Source: Klebsormidium nitens (Eukaryota; Plantae; Klebsormidiophyceae). Taken from it: a DNA stretch of 48,882 nucleotides. How positions within the stretch are numbered: the first letter of the stretch is position 1; each line of letters opens with the position of its first letter. This document shows, piece by piece, positions 28,037-40,983 of the stretch. The notes beneath the pieces were generated by a model, which was not told the DNA's origin, ran no database searches, and saw only the letters and a program-made list of their open reading frames with translations. Both the position numbers and the translations under genes were made by a program. The DNA is taken from assembly GCA_000708835.1 (NCBI GenBank), contig DF237585.1:1-48882 (forward strand). Direction: 5' to 3'.

Positions 28037-31000
28037 TTAAGAAGGTGGTATCCATTCGCCAGGCATTCCGAGTATCCCACCGAACGTTCGTCGCGCCCAC
28101 ATCCAACTCGCTAGCAATCTCCGTCTATTCTGCGAGTCCCACCCTCGCTCGCAGGGTGGGGGCTCCGCATGGTCCGCCTCAACATACACATAGTCGCACT
28201 TATACCGCTTCTTAGTCTCGAGATTGATTTGCTCCAACTTAATTCCATGTAACGGGGCTTGAGGTAACCCCTGTGAGCATTGAGGAGAAGGTTTGGTTGT
28301 CCTTCATCATTAGATCATACAGAAGGTAACGGCTGAGAACACAGAACAAGCACCTAATACTTTCGCGAAATGTTCCAACCTCGGCAATCCTCGACCAGAA
28401 AGAGAGGATTTCTGTCAAAAAGAAAGCTAAAGCGAAGGATCACAAACTTCAAAAGTGATCCCGAGTGGTCGAGGTCAAAAACGAGGCGTGATGGACAGCC
28501 AAATGTACCCTTGAGTGAAGGAAAACCCAGCGAGCGTCTACCTTTGAGCAAAGAATGCTTTGAATACTACTTGGAAAATCTAGTGAGACAACAGCAAACC
28601 AAACAGGATTGAGCCCAACACAAAAGATTGCCTCCGAGGCTCACGTTCAGCCGCCCCGCATATACAATCCGTCGTCCGGTCACGTTTTGAAAGAGGATTC
28701 CTTCGAGCCGGGGCAGGTTATCGGCGGGCGGAGTGGCCGCATCTTGGCGGTAGTTGCTGCACGTGAAGGGTCAGCTTTTGCTTTTCAAAAGACGCTGGGC
28801 CAGCTTGTTCGTACTTCCTTCCAAGAAGGTATACATAGTTCCCAATGATAGACAATCAAGGTAATTTCGCGACGGTCAGGGTTCTGCAAGCCTGAGATGC
28901 GTCGTCAGTGAGCTTTCACCATCCGTAATTGCACTACAAAGCCCTCATGACCCATGTTGAAGTGAATGTCTGACTGTCTCTTCTGAAGCTTACGAGAAAG
29001 TTTGAGATCTACACGAGATAGCACCAGTCGAATTCCTGCTTTCCGCCACATAAACGGATACCGAGCACCCGAAATGGTACGTAACTCTCAGTCCACTACC
29101 AGCTCTGAGGGAAATTTTGCAATGGCCGCCGCAAATTCTCACCTGTAAACGCTGATGCCGTATCGTTGATCCTCCAGGACAATGTCCCGGTAGGTGATAT
29201 TGGTGACGTACCCACCCCGGCCCGGAGCCGACTTGATGCGGAGACCGTTGGCCCCGGGTCCCAAGGAGACGATGTTCTGCAAGAGTAACAAAATCCAAGT
29301 GGCAAGGAGAAGCGAAAAACATAATCTTGCGCCTACCGCCCCTCCTTTAAGCGGCCCTCTGTGCAGCGAAAGGTCCTTCAGAGCTTACATCCTTCCATGG
29401 GTTCACCGAATATCCACTTCAAACGGTACCGCTGAAATGGCCGCTTCAGAAACATCCTTCACACCGCGCAATCGTCGACCATCACCTGAAACAACACGTT
29501 TGCGACGCCCCCGCTCATCTCGCTTCCAATGGACAACGCGTGCGTACGTCCGACGACCAGGTTCCGGACCACCACGTTGCGGGTCGGCTTGCCGTACGCA
29601 ACTCCGGCTGCGTCCATTCCGCTCTTGACTGCGATTGCATCATCCCCGGTGCTGATGTAGCAGTTCTCGATCAACACGTCCGTACAAGAGTCTGCGCAAA
29701 ACAATTGGTGTGAAGCGCAATTAGCACGCTGGAGACAGGGTCCTCCTTCCTTTCATGACATCGGGCACCACTGCGAAAGAGAAGGGAAGACTTGGCAGGT
29801 GAGAAACCATTCAAGTACGAAGGCCATGGCATGTGTTTCCCGTAATGCGTCTAGGCGGCCGGTTGAATCCCATTTTGCTCAGGATTGGGACAAGAGGAGA
29901 AGAAATTCAGTATAAAAAGGAGGTGGGGTTGCTTCCCGGCAGGTCTGGAAGGACTGTTCTTGACAGATCAGCAACAGCAAGGCACATGATTCGCATGCAA
30001 CGAAAGGGCCCATAATTACGTACCCGGATCCACCCCATCGGTGTTCTTCGAATGACTTGGGGCCGTGATCGTCAGCCCGTGCACGGTGACGTCATGGCTG
30101 TCGTAGAGATGGACATTCCAGAACGGCGAGTCGAGCAGGGTTAGGTTTGAGATAACAACGCGCGACGACCACTGTATTTCAATCAGGCAGCCCCGTGTGT
30201 GGTTAAGCTGACCCGCCTTGTAAGCAGCCCACCAAGGGTCGCCCCGCCCGTCAATTGTGCCGTTGTTACCTGTGAGTAACCGAGACATCGTATCAGGTAC
30301 CTTGTCGAGAGCAACTTTCCGACGTCATAAGCATTTTCCTTTGATCTGACGTCTGAAAGCATAGCTGAGAGTGCCAAGTTGGTGGAGCCAAAAGCCCCTC
30401 AGTTACAGCTACGGAAGTGGCTGCGTTGGGGCTTGCTTAAAGAAAGTCCATTCTAGGGTGTTTACTTTCGAATGTCACAAGTGAACTTTCCCGTTGCTGG
30501 CAGAAATTGCTAACCAACCACTTGCCATCCCTCAACTTCCTGCTCAGGTCGTGTTTCTCATCCACTGGTATGTTCCTTTCAACAACTCGTCATTGAGAGA
30601 AATCCCTTCAACGAGCTCCTTGCTTTCTGCGCATTGTATGATTTTCGAACAGATGGCTTGGGGCATTTCCGAGAAACCCCTCAAAGCCACTAGCTGAGGT
30701 TGCAATTCTCCTGCACCACCTGCCTTTTGCTCTGACTTTGTTTAAGCTGAACCAGGGGCGGCCAATTACAGCCGTGATGCCACCCAGGATTCGTGCTGAT
30801 CAATCACAAATGAACGCGGCAGCGAAAAGTTGGACGCTGTGGTCTGCGCTAACAACCTAAGTGTACACAATGGCACATCCCCTTTGAGGATAGCTTTGAG
30901 GAGAAGAGCAAGTCTCAGAACAGACAGGGCAGCATCATATGCAGAAGAGCAGACCAAGCCTAAGATTGTCTCACCAGTTATAACGACGTCAACTAGATGC

Positions 31001-32341
31001 TCCCCATGGATGAAGCTGCCATACCGAGGCCCTTCTACGTCTCGCCCCTGGCCGTAGGATGGCAATGGGGGCAATACAGGCCAGTGAGAAGGGTCCTGCA
31101 CAGGGCGGCTGTTTAGTCAGTCAGTTTCTCAAGTACTAGATCGATGATGAAGACGACTGCTTTGCTTCTAGACTGAGATCCTTCATCTGCAATCGTAAGT
31201 ACCCATTACGCGTTGGAAAGTGATTCGTAAGAAGTGGATTGTGCCTCACATGCTGACATACCCCCTAATCCAATGTATGATGTATCAAAGCCGTTAAACC
31301 TTTTGCAGTCCACCACCTTGGTTTGGGCCGAACAGTCATCTGTGTACTGTTCTGCCATCCTCAAGCCCACCGTAGCCTAACGCTTTCATCATCAAACCTG
31401 CCAAAACATTCAAAAGTAGCTTGTTGAGTGTTTGTACTGTGTCTAATGTCGATCCTCATTGATTCTCTGGAGTGGTGCAAACAACGTTGCAGACATCCCA
31501 CCTGGCTTGCCAGTAAAACTGCCCCGCTGTCCAGAAATAACGTCAAATGGCTCGTCAGGTTGAAACAACCCGTGAGCCAGACCCCATCTGGAACACGTAA
31601 TGAAGCGCCCCCCACGGCACCTGAAGCTGCTGCGACCGCGGCCTCAAAAGCTGCGGTGTTAGAAGTTGTTCCATCTCCAACAGCGCCAAAATCCACGATG
31701 TTGAGAGCTAGCGTTCTTGCTGGCAGCACGGGGGGTGTGGCGGGAGCGTAGGGATCAAACCCTGTCTGAGGGTGGAAACGACCATCTGGATAAAACCCTG
31801 TGCCAAATATCACTGGGTCTGGGTTGGGGGCTGGTGCCGCCTGAACTTCTTCTACAACGCCTCCCTCTGCATCTTCATCAACCGTTTCCCTTGTGATCAC
31901 CTCAGGTGGCTCGCTGCTTGCATCTTCAGCAGCATCAACAGCTGTTTTCCCAACTGTTTCATTTTTGAAACCCTCAACTGTCTCTTTGCTAGCCTCCTCA
32001 ACAACGCCGATCAAGTGTTCCCCCAATGACACCTGATCCTCTTCCAATATCCCTTGCTGTGCATCCTCTTCCACTAACTCACTTCCATCTCTCTCAAATG
32101 GGTTCTCTATCACTTGCTCAACTTGTTCAATACTTGGGCCCCCGTACACATCTTCCAGGCTCTCCACTTGCTCAAACTTTGCTGATGTCAAGTGACTGTG
32201 AAGGCGAGATATGCGAGTAATCTCAAGGTTGTGTAGCGCAAAGCAGTCAGCTCCATCACAGGTGAGGGAGCTCAAGAAAGCCACAGCGAGGAGGAGGGAG
32301 ACGACCGCCACCGCCAGCGAGCAGACATAGTTGCTAGCCAT
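28037..32341 (-). CDS. Glycoside hydrolase family 28 (polygalacturonase-like), ~630 aa
   Basis: 7 exons, total 1893 nt: 32341-31502, 31095-30975, 30269-30024, 29691-29486, 29276-29143, 28756-28645, 28270-28037. Motifs: DFGAVGDG, WLTGCFNLTSHLTLFL, PLPSYGQGRD, GTIDGRG, SPFWNVH, KNTDGVDPDS, TGDDAIAVKSG, LSIGSEMSGG, LRIKS. N-terminal hydrophobic signal or anchor. Confidence 0.93.
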
Positions 32342-32919
32342 AGCCGTTCCATAACCTATACAACTTAGCCAGAAGCTGATACGCGGCTCCTAAAGAGCAA
32401 GTACCGTTGCAACCTTGGGAGCAGCGCATTAAATGTAACTTCGGTTCATTTAATTGGCATTTGATGCTCCTTCTTCTAGTGGCAGAGCAGCGAGCTTCCT
32501 CAGCGCCGGAGATGTTCAGCTCACACTGCAAAGGAAGGCGCCATGGGCGATTGGGTTGGTCCGACTTTGCCAGACTGGTCGCCGGTCAACCCCTTCACGC
32601 TCCGTACGCCGCTGCCAGCAAACCCTATTTTTTGGCGACACCCGACCGGGGAGTCTGGAGGCGCCATGGCATCTTTCTCACTTTCTGGGACTCCTTGTGC
32701 TTGTGAGAAGTGACAGAAGATACTGCTGGCAGGGCGCCAACACTGATAGTCTTTGTGCGGCTTTCTTATATTGGTCTGCACAATAGAAAGATCAGTGGCA
32801 ACATGAGTTGTGCAGATCTTTGACGGTTTGTCAGAGTCGAAGCCCAGCTTTTCCGGTTTCTGAAGCAGGCGCTGAGCGCGACAATGAGGGGGCTCAGATG
32901 ATTGACTTGATCCGCCAGG

Positions 32920-35900
32920 ATGGGGCTGGACACGATCTTTGGGAGCACTGTTGAGGTGAGGGCTCAGCTTTCTGCTTGTGCTTGTTGGGTTAGAGAATAT
33001 CAAGCAGATCTTTCCTTGCTGTGTCAGATTCGTCTGCTTTCTTTACGTGGCAGAGCTGCTTACTTTCAGGACTTCCAATCAGGCTGCAAGAAGGATGAAG
33101 CAAGTCATATAATTGTCTTAATCAGATCTCAGCATAGAGCGTGTTCATGAAGGCGCTCTATGAATGAGCTTATCTTTATAAGTGCAAATGCTGACAGTCA
33201 AAATGAATAAATTTGTCGTCTTTGTGAGACTTGAACCGCATTTGTGGCCATCTGTATCTCAGCTTTGAAGAATACGACACCAATTTCCATTTTCTCTGGT
33301 TGCTGCAGTTCTTGCTGCACAAAACGAACGGCGACCCGGTGGCTTTACTTCGATCCATAGCCGACTATGTCCATCGGGTTAGGCCCGTCAGCCAGAGGGT
33401 CACATGTTCGAGGGAGTGCCTGCTGAACGCTGCAGCTGACATTAGCTTCTTACAAGGGAAGCCCCAGGCACATCAATGTAACAGATGTCTCGAGCTGCAA
33501 ACGAATGACAGACATAGGCCTCTTGGAGGTCTTCGGCCTTCTGCAGAAGCTTCTACACTGATTGCCAGCGAAGCAATGCGCTCCAGCTTTGAGATCATAG
33601 TTGCGCCCAGCACAAGCGACGCACATAATGAGCAGAAACCTCCTGACTGCGAGACCAGTGGGTCAAGCAGCTTGACAAGTAACATCCCAAACTCAGCGTC
33701 TGATGATTTTAGTTTCCAAGTGGACAACTCCATCCACCCAGCAGACAGGGGGTCTTCATCTTGTTGTCCTGAACCAAGTCGGACGGAGAGTCAATCTCGG
33801 AATATGGGGCCTGCTCTAGCTGCCAACCAAATAAAAGACCACGCTCCACGGGTCTGTTTTAAGGATCAAGATGCTGTCAGCAGTCAGGAAGTTCCGGAAG
33901 GAAGACCACTTGCGGGTGCCTCCACCAGCAAGCCGCTTGTGCCTCATCTGCATCTGAAGGGGCTCGCTGCCAGTCCCAGAAGTGTCTCTGCAGCAGTAGG
34001 CGCAAAGACTAGAAAAAGCAACTCCCGCTTGATCCAGAGTGCAAGGGGTCCACGGCCAGACGCATCAAGCCAGCAGCAGCTCGACAGCCCTAAAAGCTCC
34101 AAACACGGGAACTTATCTGAGAGGGGGCGGCCTCACACGTCTGGGTTGGACAGAGAACGACATAGCAGACCTACTGCCGATGGGAGCGAGTCTGAGGGAA
34201 GCTCCCCCAGGAAGGACCAGGGGGTCAAGGAGCTCATGACCCCAGATGAACACATCAAGGTGAGATATGGCCTCCAATTTGATTAAGTTCTCAAAATGGT
34301 TATCCTAAGATGATGCTTGCTGACATGACACCAACTCTGTGGAGCCTCGCTTGACCGACGGAACACCTCGAAACACCAACGGCTATGTCATTACGAGTTT
34401 CTGAAATGTGTGGTGGCAACCTCTTCCTCGTCGTTTCTTTCAAAGACCTGGACTCGCTTCCGATCCTTCTTTCTCCGACTTCCTTCTCAGCAACCCTTGG
34501 ATCACCCTGGACTGGAGTGATCATTTTCCCTCTTCTGATGCACCGAACCAACTTTGGTGTTGTTGCAATGAACGTTTACAGTGCAAGAGCTGAAACGATC
34601 TGCGAGCTCGGATTCCGGCTGCACCTTGGCACTTTGGCAAGGCTTGCTGAAGGAGCACTTGTAGACTCTCCGTTTAGAATGGCTCGTCCTTCTTCATTCG
34701 ATCTTCCAGAACTTTTGTCAGCTACCTCGCATGGTCGAATGAGTTTCGAAACTGCACGCGGAGGAATCCTGGCATCCTTCCCCATTGACGCACCTACAGG
34801 AACTTTGAAAGACCAGATTGGCAAGTGCAACTTTCGTGAGCGAGCAGACACGTTGTCTTGCAACCAGGGCTCGTTGCATCGAATGATTTTATCAGGACCT
34901 TTCATGTCGTCACTCAAAGCAGCTTCCATTTCTCAGGAGTGGCTGGCGGAAAAGAAGCGAAAGGAGGCCCGGCGAGAGCGCCACATGCGGCGGCGCCAGC
35001 TGGCAGAACTCGAGTTCATCGCGGCCCTGAGAAAGACGCAGGCGCGGCGACTGCACCACCTGCACGAAGCGGAAGGAAAGTTGGACCTTCAAATTGGGAG
35101 CGAAGCGGAGGTGAGCAGGACAGGTCATGGCTTAACAGGTCATGGCATTTTCGGATGGTCTATCTGCGAGACCTGGCGGTCTCTTTGTGCTTGTTGCTGC
35201 ATTCACTTCTTCGGCGCTGGCTGATGCGCAAATCGTATGCCCTCTGAAAAGAAAGTCGTTGAAGTCTTCTTGAGAGAGAAAAGCAGGGTTGACAGCAAGG
35301 CTATATCGCCGAATATACGCCGCGCTTCAAAAGCTGGCACCTCCGATATCGATGGAAGGTCACGGCTGGCCGCCTGATTCTCTTGCTTGCAAAAAGTCTT
35401 TCTTCAATACGTGCTCGTGGCAGTTGTCAACCTTTGCTTTGCGAAGTTTTGGTTGTGAGAGGATGTGAGCGTGTTTGTCTCGTTCTAGGAGGCATGCCAG
35501 CACAGAAGCCTCAATTTCACAAAGCTGCGAGTCGCTCGAGCAATATGAGCTGAACCGATGCATGGGCAACCTTTTTTGCAGCGTCGCTTGGATGCTAGTG
35601 AAGCTGTTCCGCACCAATCAGATCCACAGCAATACCGCCAGAGTTCCATCGCATTTCTGGATTCTCGAGGTCAATTCTGGCACTGAAGCGCTGCTTCTTT
35701 TAAGGGGTCTTTTGTTATGCAGTGGTGAAGAACTCAGCCTCCGTTTTCAGACTAATGTTCGCAAACACGTTAACACGTCAACGGGTAGATATATAATATG
35801 CGAACCGACCTCATGGATTTTTCGCTCGACCTTTATGCAGGTGCTCTTCAAGAAGGAGAGCGCGCAAGCCCGTTACCGAAGTTTGAAAGGCTCTGTTTGA
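32920..35900 (+). CDS. Hypothetical protein, ~376 aa; Ser/Pro-rich disordered centre and basic coiled-coil C-terminus
   Basis: Probable exons 32920-32955, 33309-33377, 33468-34259, 34937-35110, then a terminal exon at 35489-35548 or 35841-35900. Supported by a 351-codon open frame, phase-0 GT-AG junctions, and the exon EWLAEKKRKEARRERHMRRRQLAELEFIAALRKTQARRLHHLHEAE. Start and last exon are uncertain and no family is recognised. Confidence 0.55.
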
Positions 35901-36638
35901 GAAGATGCCGCGAGCCGGTCCTTGACACAAAGATTTGGCTCGTCGCTGACTAGATCATGCTGCTAAGATGTATTTTATATAACAGGCTCAGTTTCGAAAT
36001 GAAAAGGTCGTCCAGGCATTACTTCGAAAGAGATATTCACTGCACGCGACCCCTCAGGATGGCCATGTTATGCAGGCTCGAGGAGCCATGCGGTGGCAAG
36101 ATAGGATTACAACTGGCGCTTAAAAAGCTGATCGAAAGTCGAGCCACGTGCATTAGTTAGAGTCCGCAGTCACAGGACTTTAGGATCAGAACGTTTGCAT
36201 CAAATGTAGTCGATCTCTACAGATCCATCGCTCAAATTCCTCTTCAGCAGAAGAAGAAAATAGTCGGATTCAAGATTCATCTGCAAGAAGTATGATCGGG
36301 TTAGCTGAAGTTGAGAAGTTAGGAAAGTTGATGGACTCAACGTAGAGCTAAGCAGACACACTCAAAGCAAACTGCCAAGTTGTGTATGCCAAAGAGGCCT
36401 TCAGTAGTAAGCGGGCCTATGGTATAATGGGATTACAGTATAGAAAGATCATATGGTGAAGCGCTTGGTCTGGTGCAAACCAGTCTTCTTCCGCAGCTAT
36501 ATAGCGTGCCTATGGCTAGTATATGGCGGCAAATCCTGGCTACCGCGTTGCGATCTGGCCAGGAGGGCAGGAGCCTGCATGGGCATCCAACTATGACTCA
36601 CTCATGACTCCGACTCATGAGCCCGCCATATATGAGCA

Positions 36639-36878
36639 ATAAGAGTATCTACCATCGGCCCTAATTCCGGAATTTTGCAATTCTTGCCGGGAAATGCAAA
36701 AACCTTAGGTATTCTGGACCTAATAAAGCAGCCTACCGAGCACGATGAGACTTTCACCAGTTCCAATTCCGGATGATTCGAACGCTATTCTTTACACCGT
36801 GTGTCAACTACCGACTGAATCTGTTATGGCCGGTATAAGGTTTTTGCAAAATTCCGGAATTAGGGCCGATACTCTTAT
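36639..36878. mobile_element. MITE-like non-autonomous DNA transposon (~240 bp)
   Basis: Perfect 27-bp inverted repeat atcggccctaattccggaattttgcaa (36654-36680) / ttgcaaaattccggaattagggccgat (36844-36870). It extends outward to ataagagt (36639) / actcttat (36878), with a 7-bp insertion on the left, and inward via gcaaaaacctta / taaggtttttgc. No internal ORF. Possible TA target-site duplication at 36640-36641 and 36876-36877. Confidence 0.75.
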
Positions 36879-37255
36879 AAGTTATGGTTCAACATCTTGA
36901 TTAATTTCCCCAAGTGTAGTACACGTGATCAGGCACACGAATTTCGAATTGATTGCGTAGAGCAGACACCGTCCGATAAGCTCTTGATAACTGTCGATGG
37001 TTCACGGCTCCCGAAAGTCGTTGATATCGTGACCAAGTCAGACCAATGCAACGTCAAATTACCTAGTTGCTGTGGTGATAATGTTTGTATAGATTCAGCT
37101 GGGCTTCACCTCTGATACTAATAGTATTATGGTAAAGTTTCGGGACATGTTTGTGGTGACACTGAAAGTCAGCTTGCAGATTGAGCCCAGAGAAGGTGAA
37201 GAAGAGGGCAGCGATTCAGACTGCTGGGCGCTGCATTCAGCTCAGCACAAGAGCA

Positions 37256-40200
37256 ATGGGTTTCCATCTTCCAAAAGCGCTTGTGAGCGAGATCACCAAA
37301 GCGGCCAGGAAAGTAGGAGTCAGGTGAGCGATCTCGTGCGCTTCTGCTTGCCAGCTCCCTTCATCTTTCCAGGCGAGTGTTCGGGGTTAAACACACAAGA
37401 CCAGGCGCGATTTGAGGGGATGTGGCCCCAAGGTGGCCGCGAGCAATCATCCACAATTGTAGAGGCTTTGTATGGTTTTCAATGCCTGCAATTTGTGCAT
37501 AGCAGTGTGCAAGCACCAGCAATGTGGTACCCAAGTCTGGCCGTTCCAGAATAACAAAGGGGTTAGTATGTCAGCCTAGGGCCAGGGGTAAAATTTCTCA
37601 TGTCTCTGATTGGTACCCAATTGTGCGCCAAACAATCAGCGGTACGGGGTTCCTGGTCCTCTTTAAGCACGATCAAATCCCCTCGGGCAAGGTCTTGGGG
37701 CGCCTGCTCAGCATTACACCTCTGGACAACCATCGAAGGGGAGAATGGCCTGTGCTTGTACAGTGCCCTTCTCATGTACATCAACTCAGCGCGTCTGGAC
37801 TCGAATTGTTGGGCCTTGCGTCAGAATCTGTGTTTAATGTGTCCCATTCATCCCCGAGCTGAACCTCTCAGTATCTTCGTCCTTTGAAGGAGGGTTTGCA
37901 CAAAGGTCGCACAGTAACAGAAGGGCGATCCTTTCTCCTACTCACTCAAGCCCCCACCTTTCTTCCTTCACTAAAACCCCTCCACTCAGCAGTCATTTCT
38001 AAACATAAGTCCACCTCAGAAAGTCCTTTCCACCAGAACCAGCTCACTCTACTTATATGCTTCCACCACATTGTGCCCTGCAGTGAAAAGCTAGTCCACC
38101 AGGGGCTCCAGGCGCTCGATCTTGAAGCCAAGACCGGTGCCCCCCCCAACAGCGGCGCTGGCTACAGGCCGCCACCTGGCGGCACCCCATACGACCATGT
38201 GGCGGGCCCGAGCGCCGCCGCTGTGCCGCAGCCTCAGCACGCAGTCGTCGCGCCTCGGCCGGACTTGGTCGGGGGCAGCGTCACACCGACGCAGGAGGAG
38301 CTCAATAACTTCCAGGCGGCGGTAAATAAGCTATGGGACCTGGATGTGAACAGGCTCCAACCGGGCGTGGATTATGAGATCGAGGTGAGGGACAAGTGCG
38401 GGGGGCACTGTGAGGGTGGAAATGCACCAACTTGTCATCTTGCTTGTTTTTGAAACGATATTTGAATCCTTCTGTTCACGTTCACTTAAGCTGGTCTTCA
38501 ATTGATGTATCTCAAGTCGTGTGCTTGCAGCAGCGGTTCCTAGAAGGAACCGGACCTGCTGCATTCCATGTCACTATGTTTCGCGACATTGCCCCATTAT
38601 GGCTGACGTTGTGACTCTGTGTCAGGCTGGCGAGGGCAAGAAGATCTACGAGAAGGCAGACCTGGCTGCGGGGTCGTTGTTCCGGTTTGTTAAGATCGAG
38701 GCACTGCAGAAGCCCACATTCGCGGCCTTTGTTGCGCTGCTAGATAACTACACCGCGCAGCAGAATGTCACAGAAGTGGTAAGTCGTGAGCAATCAGACT
38801 CTGTCTCAGATGCTCCGTCTGCAGACTCTCAGCGTCGGCCAGAGTAGAGTTTCTTGGCTTTTGACAGCACTCAGATGGCCCCAGGTCGCTTGGAGATGGT
38901 TCTGGAAACGACTTTAGTTTAGAGGCGGCCACGACCCTTGAACGATGTAGGAATGATAAGACGCTTGCATGCTCGCCGTTTCTTGATTCGACAGTTGGGT
39001 CTCTAGATTCTGAAACTTTTCTTCATGAAGAGTTCAAATCCTCAAAGGCGGTTGCTGATGTATTGTTGGTGATATCAGCAATGGTTGTTGACCCTACTCC
39101 CTGCCCCTGTCATTCTGGTCATCTCGTGTCCAACCTCGACATCGCTCGCTTGGCGAATGGTTGACCCATGGACGATCTCTAGGAACCTGTACTACACAAC
39201 TTCTCATCCAAGGCGTCCAGACCAGATTTACATTGGGGGTTATCTCAGCTCTTTACAAACTGTTTGAGGTCAAGGAGCTCTCCAAATGGTTAACGTCCAC
39301 GTTTCTGCCAGAATCATCCAAAGCACGCATGGTGTGCACGACGATTTTAGGCTCCGGGTTTTCTCAACGTCGTTTGCTTATGCAGGTAGGCCAGGTGGAG
39401 CTCCAGGAGATGACGACCTTCCTGGACGAGATCTGCGCCACCCCCGTCATGCAGTACGTCCACAAGCTGCTCGTTGCCAAGAACCTTGCGCCCGCTGACC
39501 TCATCGCCTTCAAGAAAGTCCTCTGGAAGTGAGCGCTGCTCGTCGCTCCCCTTCTGGTTTTTCGATGGGGTCTCTCTTCCGCTGGTTTTAGCCCGAAACA
39601 AGCGAGTTGACGCTTGACTGGCTTGTGCACCCAGGTTTAGGAAGAGGCAGCGAGAGAGGATCTGGAAGGCTCTGTACGCTAAAAGAGCGGAAGTTCCCAA
39701 GAAGCCGAGCAGAAGAGACAAAGCGATGCTAGGAGCATACTGAACGGTCCGCACAAGGATTTTTGTGGAGAAGAGTGCTCTGCGAAGAGTCTCAAACTGT
39801 TGAATCGTGAGTTGTGCCACAGCGGTCTCCCTGCTCGAGCTGGCTCGCAACTGTATTGAACCGTCAAGATTGGCGGGTTGGTTGTAGCGAAAGGGTTCAA
39901 TATGGAGTGCGCAGGAAAGTCAGTCGCAAACGTCTCATCTCTTTCCATCAATCACCGCACCTCAACATCTGAGATACGAAACCGCTCGCCACCTCCTAGA
40001 ACGCCAGGTCTGCTCAGACGTTCAAATTCACAGTATTTCGGTTCATAAAAGGTGTCGCGTCGTTCCGAAATGTGCGTGCTTCCAGGATGTGGTTCGAGCT
40101 GTACGGGCGCGATGGCGGGCGGCAGTCGTCCTCCGGGTTCGAGCACGTGTTTGTGGGCGAGTACAAGGAGGGCGAGGTGGGGGGCCTTCACAACTGGATC

Positions 40201-40983
40201 CAGATCTTCCTCCTCGAGAAGGCCGGAGCACTTAACTACACGGGGTTCGTGTTGCCCCGGAACCGGGGCAAGCCCAGGGTGAGCCGCGTGTAGTTCAATT
40301 TGAATTGATGTGGTTCGTAGAGTGCTTTTAGGTTCAGAGCTGTAAGCCTGATTGACCGAGGTTCGGAGGGCGCTACCCTGGCTCGCCGGAGGGTTTGCCC
40401 CTTCGTAATTTTCGTTCCTCTAGAATTCGCAGATGGTCTGCCTTCTTTGCACCTTTGGGGCGGGGTGCAAGGGGGAGGGGTGCTTTACGTACATCTGACT
40501 GGGCCGCATCTTCGATGTCGTGAACGGTCTCGAGATTGCAATCTGAGTCGGCATATCATGTCGCGACTCTTTCTAATGAACACCAGCGACGTGTTTTGTC
40601 GTTATCCTTCACGGTCGCGTGCGGCAGGTTGTTGTGTTCGCTGAGCTGACATGCTGTCCTTACAACGCAATCGGCCAGGTGTTATCCAACAGATGGATAC
40701 TTGTTCTCTTTCTCAAGTTGTCGTTGATGGTGTTTTGTGTTCCTTGCAGCCCGACTCCCAGACGCACATCCTAACCATTCAATTTGAATGGATGAACCAG
40801 GTCAAAGCTGCGTGCTCCACGTTCATAGGCACATCCCCCGAGTTTGAGATTGCTCTCTACGCGTTCTGCTTCTTGGCAGGAAGCGAAAACAATCGGATGG
40901 CTATTGCAGGGGCTAATGTGAACATCAAGTGTTATAACCTGAGCGGAAGAGTTGGGTCCTCGTACCCAGAGGTTGAGGATTAG
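37256..40983 (+). CDS. ENDOU: Poly(U)-specific endoribonuclease, EndoU/XendoU family, ~363 aa
   Basis: 6 exons, total 1092 nt: 37256-37323, 38084-38384, 38626-38778, 39386-39528, 40086-40278, 40750-40983. Motifs: [50 protein letters not shown]. The His-His-Lys catalytic residues are present. Exon 1 is inferred from the phase-2 fit. Confidence 0.92.

Noticed and set aside
32407-32915. Possible upstream coding exons of the orphan gene (MGDWVGPTLPDW..., KDQWQHELCR...)
   Set aside because: Every splice combination I tried hit an in-frame stop, so this is treated as 5' UTR or promoter.
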